In this document: piece after piece, positions 1 through 9,700 of the stretch
Numbering within the stretch: position 1 is the first letter of the stretch
How the letters are laid out: the number at the start of each line of letters is the position of its first letter
Assembly: GCA_000708835.1 (NCBI GenBank)
Contig: DF237660.1
Span: forward strand, 1-41,502
Direction: 5' to 3'
DNA length: 41,502 nucleotides
DNA from: Klebsormidium nitens
Lineage: Eukaryota > Plantae > Klebsormidiophyceae
Program-made: the position numbers and the translations under genes
The notes under the pieces: model-generated
Told to the model about the DNA's origin: nothing
Databases searched by the model: none
Seen by the model: only the letters and a program-made list of their open reading frames with translations

Positions 1-24
1 TCACATGCGTTTTTCTTGCTCCAG

Positions 25-2974
25 GCCCCGGCCCGGCTTTGCAACCCCAGCAGGGAGCAACTCTCCCGAGCCTGCCGTCCAGTTCACCATGGAAGAGTAC
101 GGGCAGGTCCTCAAGTCATTCATCCACAACATTGGCTTCGCCAGGGACGAGGGCCAGCTTCGGACGCTTGGCGATGTCATCGAGGCGACTACCGAGCGGC
201 ACCCGGGTAGCGTCCTCCATGTTTTAGACCTGCTGAAGGGGCATTCTCCGTCGAACTACGCTGGGAGGGCGGCGGAGTGGGCCGCAAAGGCGGTGGACTT
301 TGTGGCATCCCCAAGGCTGTTAGACTCCCTTTCTGGGACTCGATCCTTTCCCTCGTGAGAACGCCAGCCATCGTTGCTGTGTCCGTATTTAATTGCATTG
401 CAGGCCCATCGCTGCCGCGATAGTAACCATTAAGCAGCATCTGCAAAACCTCTTGCATGCATCTCTCTGGGCTTGTGCATGTGCTTATCGCGCTGCGTTG
501 ATCCGGCAACGTTTTCGTAGGTCCACAAAGCCGACACATGTAGCTGGTGGTGGTGCCTGATTCTGTGTATCCTTCTTCAGCGTGAGCGAGTTGGTGAGGG
601 ACCGCGAGGCGCTCGACCTGATCAGCCACCTGTTGGCATCCCGTGGCCAGGTGGGTGCAGGCGTTAAGTTTGTTCAGCCTTGTGGCTCTCACATCCATCT
701 TGAGTGCTCGACTACAGTACCGGCACTAGAATCCGACCAGAAATAGTAGTTTGGGTTTTGTGCGAAGTGTGTGAAAATTTATTGTGAGGGATTCTGCTGA
801 ACTGAACACTGTTAACCGGCAGGTGAACGAGCCGGTTCAGGTTAAGGATGAAATGAAGTTAAAAACGAATATTGATTCCTCGCAGCTGCCGGGTGCGAAT
901 TCCCGCGCCGGTATAGTACTCGAGTCAATGCTTGCTCCGTCGCGTTTGGATTGTGTCGCTCGTGACGCTCCAATTCTGCAGGAATCTCTGGAGGCTCTGC
1001 GGCGCAGCAACCCGCCGCTCGCTGACAAGGCGGAGGACTTCGGCAAGTCGGGGTATCTCCTCCTGGAGAAGGACAGCGTGTCCTTCACGAGCGGGTTGCA
1101 CCTGGAATTCTTCCGCTACAATCTGGCCAGGAGGGTGTGGGGCACCCCCAAGGACATGCCGCGGTCACTCGAGGCGTTTCTGGAGGAGGCCCTGTCCAAG
1201 ATGCAGGCGCCTACGCTACAAAACAGCCTGAACCTGAGCACGAGGGGCGGTGTAGTGGGGGGTGTGCTCGAGTCGCATTTCCAATTTGAGCTGTACTCGT
1301 GAGTTTCCTTCGATCACTTGTGGAATGCATCGCAAATTGTTTGGGAATTGCTGCCAGCATTCAGCCAACGAGTCGGATATGATGCAGATTGTGTTCCCAT
1401 GCCACCGATACTGCTTCCAGATAAGTACTTTTTCCAGCCGCAGAATTACTGGTCCGTGGCCCTAACCTGCGGAAAGAATAGCCGGTTACTTACTTTTTCC
1501 AAAGACATTGGCGGCTTCAAACAATGACTTCGAAACCACGAGTATTGCTTCAGATGTTATGTGTCGATTCTACTCCATCTCTTTGCGATAGAGACTTGCC
1601 CTCGATACTCGGTCCAACGGCAAACCCCATCGAACCTATTTGGTGGCTCGTAGCGAGTCGGTGGCTCGTAGTAACCTTGCAGAAATGCTCCTTCGTATGG
1701 TGTGGTCTGAAACCACGGCTAGCCTCATTCGTCCGCATTCCCACTGGGCGCGCTGATTTAAAACCGCTTGGCTGGTTGCCCGTTTCCTTACACTCCTCAC
1801 TCCCCGGTGCTCTCCCCCGGTTGTGCGCCCCAAGGGTCCTCTTCATTTCTCCGTTAACTGTTTTCTTCACCGTCATCTCACAGAGCGGGTTTCCGACCAC
1901 TATCAGGCGACGTCCGGTTCTGGGTTCGTTTCTAACCCCATTCCCGCCTCCGCAGAATTCCAACCGGGCACTAATTTTGGAATCGCCCTTAAGCTGGGGC
2001 TCCGGTCCTCACCCGGCTCTGCTTCCAAACCCGTTTTTTGCAGTCGCTTCTGCTCCCAGAGTAGCGAAATTCGATTTCGTTGCCTTTGCCTCCGTTTCCG
2101 CTTCCGTTTCCGCATTGAATTGTCGTCCCGCTTCGACTTTCTGTTCTAGCTTCAAGTTCCTCAATTGGTACCCGATATACTTTTCTCAGCTGAAAATCGC
2201 TGCCAGCCTTCAACCAACGAATTAGATATCATGCGAGTGGGATGATCCCCAGATTCCGGCCCCGTTGCCCCAATGCACCATAGCCACGCACCAATCGGGC
2301 TAACAAGATTTCCTCTGAAACAGGGCGGTCACGAGTCTGTTACCAGAGGGGGTCTACTTCTCCCCGACAGTCGGCAAGATCTATGGGCTGGAGGCTTACG
2401 TGGATTTCGTGTTGCACGGGACGGGGATAAAATGGGCATTCGAGCTGCTGATTGACGGGAGGGACCTGACAGAGCATCTAAAAAGGTGCGCACATCAGGG
2501 CTGTAAGCATCTTCAGTTGGTCTTTGTGATGCTTCATGAAGTAGTGAAGCAACTGTCGGAGCCGTCGCAAGCATGAAGAGGGTTATGCCCTCATCTTTCA
2601 GGCTGGCAGGGCGAGCAATCCTGCTCATCCGCATCAGCCCATTGTGCCCACTTCTCGCTCTCACCACAAGCTACAACAGATTCATTTCTTCAAGAGCACA
2701 GAAACTTGTAGCGGCTACACATTTGTCTCCCTCAGCAACTCGGATGTTGGCCTTGTGCAGATTTCTGCCAAACGGGCGATATCATCCCATGATCCAGGGC
2801 AATCAGATCGACGCATGGGTTGTGGTGGACTTGCGCAACCACAGGACCGGGAAGCCAAGACGGGCGAGGGGTCCAGGGGTCTGCCATGTTCTCTTCGACT
2901 CCAAGTACGAGAGGGCAATTGTTGATTATGGTAACAACAAAGAGCACGCAGTACTTCTGATGGGTCGAAGGTGA
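25..2974 (+). CDS. 3' part of a spliced Crinkler/CR-type NTPase + PD-(D/E)xK restriction-endonuclease-fold (CR-REase) protein; 5' end lies outside the window
   Basis: Exons 25-354, 982-1298, 2324-2485 and 2761-2974 have GT/AG borders. The last three join in phase: ...VLESHFQFELYS|AVTSLLPEGVYFSPTVGKIYGLEAYVDFVLHGTGIKWAFELLIDGRDLTEHLKR|FLPNGRYHPMIQGNQIDAWVVVDLRN... This matches the CR-REase pattern E-x2-Q-x-E-x-Y / SP-x-VG / DF / W-x2-ELL / EH-x2-RF-x3-G-x-Y. The 354/982 junction is 1 nt out of phase (CCC run at 351-353). Confidence 0.7.
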
Positions 2975-5733
2975 CGCCTTGTGATTCGACTTGTTCGCAA
3001 AGGTTTTAACTAGCGGCAAATACCCATCACCCAGGACTGCTTGAGAGCAAGCTTCCCTTGTTACACTGCTAAGGTGGGTCCAGCCGGGCACACAAATGGC
3101 GCCCGCGAGAAGCCCCAAATGCGGCAAGATAGGGTACGCATCGGCTTTGCCATTTCACCGCTGAAGCTTGCCAAACAGTCAAAGTCCTATTGCACATAAC
3201 CTTCGGCATCCGGCCAAGCCGGCAAAAAGTGGTTCTCCCATGTTGACCATGCAAAGAACTCCTGCCCGCTGCGTATTGTGGTCACTTGAGATACTGAAAT
3301 GCACCTCGCAGCTCTAAGCCCTCCTGTTTAGCGTGGTTGGTGCAGATTGCTTGGCATTTTGTACTCAAGAGCATACAAGTATCCGTATGGCCTCCACTCT
3401 TTCCTATGTAGAGTAGCTAGTTCGCATTGTCTGCTAACAATTTCGTGTGCTTTTTTGCACATCCACCATAAATGTTGCGATTTATAGTGAGAGTGGAGGC
3501 AATTTAGGCGCAAGCTCGGACAAACTTTTGTTCTGCATTGGTGTTGAGGCTTCATTGTATAGCATGGGGGTGCAAAGAGACAGGCCCAAATGGCCCATAA
3601 ACCTATCATGCCAAGCGCTTTGTTGGCTATCTCATAGCATACCATATGAACCCGCCAGTTCTGCAGCCTTCTGAGAGGAAAGGCGCATGGTGGTGCGGTT
3701 GATGAGGTGTTATCATGGAACGCGCAGCTACCGAATGCTGCAACTTTTTCACCTAGTACACTAAATGTATTGCCTTTGGTACGAACCGAGTTGAGCTAGA
3801 ACAATCAAAGCCACATGTGAAATCCAAAAATTGATACTGACCACTATAGCATGCACTAAGATCCATTCGAAGTGTCTAGAATTAACCAGCAAGTGCGCTT
3901 GCTGCTATCTTTATTCCGGAGTAGGGCCCAGCAGCCCCAGCTAATTGCCAGATACGGAGCCCAGCAAGAGTTGGGAACATAGTGACGATGTCCAACTCAT
4001 CCCGGTCAGTCCATACCGGCCACATCAGGCCCCGCCCTTCCTATTCGCCCTTCCGGCCTACGGTTAAAGTGCCATGCGCCACAAGGGGCAGCAAGCCACA
4101 AGAGCGGTATGCCAGCACAGTTGGCGCGACCTGCCTTGCATTCCAAACCAACTCCCCCGGGTGATCTGCCCGACGGCCCGGGGTCCGGTGCCCAAGGTAT
4201 AAGGTGCACGGGCCATGAGGGTTCAGCCCCTACCATTACCATTCAGGCCGCGATAATGGTGCCTGAAAGTGCAGCAAGAAGCGGGATCATGCTAGAAGCT
4301 TCTGTCCCTTGCCACAGCACTCCCCCTTCAGCATCAAGGGGGTCCCTCTGACGTACAGCAACGAGGCTTACATATGTGCTCCGGAGCATATTGTGGGGGT
4401 ATCACTGCCTGCCAACATTAGAGCTTTGGAGCTTGTCTATTGGCACGTGCTGTGTAACACAAGCTTAGGCCCAGTCCAGGGGGGGCGCCATCGCTACCAA
4501 GTCAGGCCCTGTTGCCGCTCGGGCCAGCCATTGAATGCTGCTAATATGGCTGCGAAAGGTCCAGCCTTCGTTCCGTGAAGGTTCCAGGCTGAATCAGCGC
4601 CCAGATATTCTCCTTCCAGTCTGGAAACTTCTGGGGCTGAGTCAGCACTTAGATATTTTGGGACAGGTGGCAGTTTTGGTGGCATAGTAATGGCAAGGCG
4701 CGGCATGGCGTGGCAGCTGTTTTTTGCTGCCTGCCTGGTTTTGATGGGTTCCCACAGCTGTTTTTGGGACATTCCAAGAAACCTTCTCTTTGTAGAGCCT
4801 TGGCAGGGGACCAGAAGTGGCAGTCAGAGAAACGACAACTCCCAAAGTCCTGAAAGGCGCGCGACATGTGCGAAGGTAAGTTCCTGGACACTATGCTACC
4901 TGATTGTTTTTTCAGCTGCAGCATGCTTGCAAGGGAACCAGGCCTGGTACCTGTTTATTCCTGCAAGCTCTGAGTGTGTGTGCATGACAATTCTTTCTTC
5001 TGAGGTGCTGTTTCAAGTAGAGGCAATCTTCTGCTTTGCATGCACGCGCTGATGACAACTCTGTTCTGCATCCTCATTAGCATGTCAAGCGGGATTTGAC
5101 ATGTTAACCAACTTGATAAGTGTCTGAAAGACCGTTAGCAATCACCAGAGTAATTTGGAATCTCAATTGGCGCTTCTTATACTGCTACAGAACATGTGGC
5201 TCAGCTAGTCACGAACGGATGTTGGTCAGGGCTTAATAGCCTGGATGTGGGGAATGATTGAGGCCTGTTGTCCATAATTGAAACTCATGGCAGAGGGCCA
5301 GGTATGTCTGCTTTTGTGGTCTATGAGGACTGTGGACTGAAAGTGTACATGTCCTTTTCTCTCATACAGGTTGAATGTCAATTGATCGCGGACCTGGCAA
5401 AGGAAACACTCAGGTGCAACAGGCTGGTTTCAAGGAGCTGCCCTGGGTTCATTGCCTTGTTCTGGGCTCGACAGCCGCTGGAGACGCGTTGCCATCAGGA
5501 GAGCCCATGGCTGTGCAGCCCACTGATGCGGCCCGTCAAGGGGAAGACCGCAGCTGCTGCAAGCAAAACAACCAGGTTGGTTCTCTGCCCCACCCCACGA
5601 GATATAATTACCTTCAGGTATTTCCCACAAAGGTGTTTCAAGTGGCCTGGATCATTTTATGCAATATTTGAGCTGGTCCATATGTCAGGGCTGTGAGATT
5701 AGCGGCCCGGTACTCCGGTTGGGCTTTTGACTG

Positions 5734-6568
5734 GGTCTACATGTTGTAAGTGGCCATACGGATGCAATCTGACACCAAGTACAAGGTGTGGGCCCTAATG
5801 AGACCCAACTGCAGCGTGGCTTAATGGTGGAGTGGCAGGCATGTGTTCTCTGGTTGCTCTTCTGAGGAGGGTCCACACGTTGATATTGGTTAGTAAGGAA
5901 TTGAGTCTTGAGCCATCTGCAAGGTGTGGGCCGTCAGCAAGCCAGGCCAAGGTGTGGCTTTTGCAGGTGGTTGCAAGCATGCGTTCTCTGTTTCAATTGT
6001 TTACAAACAAGTCCACACCTTGCGTCTGGACCCTAGGATTTCAGTCTTGTTCCAACTACGACGTGTGGACCATCAGCATACCCAGCCGCAAAAGAGCTTC
6101 CGCAGGCGCGCACTTTCTGATTGCCCCCATTTGGATTGAACCCACATGTTGCTACTGGTTCCTAGAAAAATCAAGTCTTCAGCTCCTGTGGGTCACATGC
6201 AAGCCAGGCCACAACTTGGAATCTGGAGGAGATGGCAGGCACGCCGATCTTTGGTACTTGCTTTGAATTGGGGCCACACCTTGTCATTATCATTGGAAGT
6301 CCAGTCTTGCGCCACCTTAAATGGAGCGATTTGCGGGGCATGCAGTTTTTGATCGCTCTTTTGAATGGGTCACACGTTGTATATGGTAATTAGGGATCTA
6401 GCCTTTAGCCATCTGCAAGGTCTGGACCGTAAGCAAGCCCGGCCAGAGCTCAGTTGCTTGGGGGGATTGGGGGGCACAGGCGCTTTCTGACACCTGTTTT
6501 GATTCGAGTCCACACCTTGTAAGTGGTTCTTAGAGATCGAGGCTTCTGCCATCTGCAAGGTATGGACC
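5734..6568. repeat. Degenerate cluster of the ~62-bp palindromic repeat family, mixed orientation
   Basis: Units at ~5734-5794, 5870-5932, 6011-6071 (reverse), ~6270 (partial), 6367-6430 and 6507-6568, e.g. ggtccacacgttgatattggttagtaaggaattgagtcttgagccatctgcaaggtgtgggcc. Confidence 0.75.
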
Positions 6569-6730
6569 ACACGCGAGCCCGCCGCACGTCTTAACAGGGT
6601 TCATGGGAGAAAGGCCGCATCCAATCGGCAGGCATGTGCCGTTCAACTTCCAGGCCTTTAGAAGGTAGCGAGCAAGAACAGCGGGTGCTGTGGGTTGTGA
6701 CTAACACGCGGTACTCTTGCTTCGTTGCAG

Positions 6731-9700
6731 AAGCCGTCGCCGGGTGCGAGCACTGCTCAGGGAATTTGCCTTTCTCCGACGCCCCCGACGATCGACGCGG
6801 GCACCCATGACTGTCAGGCAAAGGCTCTTTCCCTCTGTGCCATCCGCCAGCTCGCCCCAATGGCTGTGGCAGGACCGTCCGCCGGCATTTCAGTGAGGGG
6901 CTTGCGTGTGCTCCGCAAGCGCGCAGGGATCGTGTGCCGGCGCGCTCAAGGGGAGTTGGGGCCTGCAGGTCTTCTCTGGTCGGAGGCTGCCTGGGTTGGC
7001 AGCTTGCGTGCTGCAATGGGTGGCCTCAAAGGGCTAGCAAATCTGCCAGATGTCGATCTGCTGAGTGGGTTCGAAGAGGTTCTTGCCTCAGTCAAGAGGT
7101 CTCACCTGGAGGGGCTCAAGCAGCCAGCGGGTGTGTCCCGCAGATTCCGCAAAGCAGGACGGCAAACCTCCAGTTGCCCCCGCCCTGCAGCTCGCAGTGC
7201 AGAAAGGAAAGCAGCTCAGCGCCTTGCGCGCTCGCTCTGCGAACCAGAGGACACAGGTAGGATAGCTCGTTCCCGTTCTTGGTGATGCATCTCAGCGCCC
7301 GAAGCTCAGGTCTGAAGCAAAACGTGATGCGAAACAAAGCAGTTGCAGAGAGACTTGGAATCTTCTGAAAATGGGGTGTGTTGACTATTGGGGTCTTTGC
7401 TGGGAGACTCGAGTAGCATCTTTGGGTGCCAGAAATGGTGCGCTGTTCTTTTTATGGGCGGGGCTGTCAAGTGTACGGAAAGTATTTCCGTTTGCCCTGG
7501 CTGCGCTCACAGCTCCTTTGGAAATGTTACTTAGGAGATGAGTTTCGAGTCCCTCAACTACTTTTTGGGAATTGAAGCGCCTTTCAATCAAACATCACAG
7601 CACTCTGCAAGCACACTAAGCATCACCTTCACTGGTTGCCTCTTTTCCAGTTCCGTACGCACTATACTGCCACGAGTGCGGCGCCGGTGCAGACTGTGGG
7701 TTGCGTGGAAGCAAGGAAGGGGGGGAAGTGAAGTACGTTTGCAATGAGCACGCTGACTCGTACCGCTACTTCAGCATCGACAAGGACCGTGCAGGTGAGC
7801 GCTGCATGGATCTGCTTGTTCGATGAGTTGGTCGGCAAACAAGTATTCAAGCGCACACTTGCACTTTTTGGGCAGCACCATAGCAGGGTCCTGCCATGGA
7901 GCCGATCTAGAGCCTAAATCCACTATAATCTGTTCCTTGCAGCGTTGGGACGCGCAAAGGCAAAGGTCGTGGGAAAAAAGGATGTGGCATCGCCGGCCGG
8001 AGACCAGACTCGCAGTCAGTCAGGTGAGCACTTAACCGCAAACGAAGCTGACAGGATATGCGTTATCGACCAATCTGAAGCAAGTGTCCCATTGAGTGCT
8101 TGCCATACTTTTCTTTCATTGCAGGCATATTCAAAGTTGATCCGGATACTAGGATGCAGAGGTTGTTGATGTATTGCTCGTGAATTGCAGCGTGCAACAA
8201 TACCTTCCAGCGAAGTGGGTTGTACTACGATGCAGCGCCCAAAAGCAGACGCCTCACAGGTGAGACACTGATCGAAAGGGCCCCCTAGCTCAAGCTTTTG
8301 CGACCCCCTTGTGCTGCTCCAGAATCTGTTGCCTTCTTCGCCCTTTGATCTTGACATCCTTCTACTGGAAGCTACGTCCTGCATCCTGCATCCATTGCTC
8401 ACATCCGATGTGGTTTCAATGAACAGCGACGCTCCTGATCATCGGGGGAATTGAGCCCAATCCCGGCTGGGGGCCCGACGAGGTGAGCGCTCAAGGCAAG
8501 TCAGCGCCAGGTCACGACATCGGCACAAGTCGGCCACTCATTCCACTGCCGTCGCTTGAGGTGAGCGTACGTCTGACCCTCTTGCAGTTCGTTGTTTCAG
8601 GAGCATCCTCTGTTGATGACTGAACCCTTAACCAAGTTGAGTAGCAGGGCGTCTTCTGTGGCCATAGCTATCAGTGTAGGCGAGCAGGCTCTGCACTTGT
8701 GCTGACATACGGTTGTTGCACAAAGGAATGAGCCTGAGCTTTCTTAATTGGTCCTCTTATGTGATATGCAGGAGGTCTACGGCAAACCGCTGTTGTCCGA
8801 GAGCACGTACCCACTTTTCGAAGATTGGAGGAAGCGAGCACGTTTGAGCAAGCAAGTGAGTTTAGTGACCAAGCAGAACCAAGCGGTATTTGATTCGTGA
8901 AAGTGGGCACATGCACTGTGTTCGTGACTTTCTGCAGCGTCGAATCTTGTATGGAAAGTCGAACGATGCAAATTTAGTCGAAGCACGTGGCAAAAATATG
9001 CCTTTTTGCTTGTTGCATGGATACTGCTTTGTAGTGATATCGGAATTAGATTGACCAGAACAACGGGTTTGTCAATCCTGTGGGAAGAAGCTGCGCAGTG
9101 ATTCTCCCAGAGCGGATCTTTCTGCACATGCAATTGACTTGTTCATTTTCCTCTTTCCAGGTGGGAATCAGCTGTGCAGCCTTGGAGGGAGGCGTTGCTT
9201 CAGGAGAATACGACCGCACGGGAAGGCCCGAGTCTGCGGAAGAGATGCCAAGTCTGGACAGAGAATTGGTCGACGAAGAACTCAGTCATCTGGACAGGAT
9301 TGAAGAGGGTCTTCTGACTGCCCTGGTAAGACCTGAGTTGTAATCTCTTCGCTCTAGTTGGGAGCACCTGAGTTGGGAGCTGTTACGGATGCTTTCTGTC
9401 CTCCTTTTGCAGGCAAGTTGTTGGAGATCATTCAAAGCATTCCGAACTGTTTTCACCTTGGACATGCATGGTTTGTAATCTTACTCAGGTCGCTTGTTCT
9501 CTTTCAAGGTGGAAAACAACGGGGGGGACGAAAGGAGCCAGCTGTCCACTTCGCTGAGAGAAGTATCTGGCGCTGTAAACGAGAACAAGGGATGCGGCGC
9601 CGCAGCAAAGGTGAGGATCCAATCCTGAGGTGCGGACTTCAATCGAGCTCTGGTCAATCTGTGCTGCTCACCTTTGCTTCTGGAAAGGCCACAGAAGCTC

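Noticed and set aside
1637-1672. tggtggctcgtagcgagtcggtggctcgtag as an LTR primer-binding site
   Set aside because: It does not fit a tRNA 3' end in length, and no LTR pair is visible; it is a 12-bp tandem duplication.
3000-5700. Short ORFs between the CR gene and the first repeats
   Set aside because: No recognisable domain. Two exon-like segments (4796-4875, 5370-5575) could not be joined confidently to any gene.
8125-8190. In-frame TGA at 8181-8183 suggesting the large gene is a pseudogene
   Set aside because: A second acceptor (gaattgcag, ending 8190) has the same phase and bypasses the stop, so no lesion is required.
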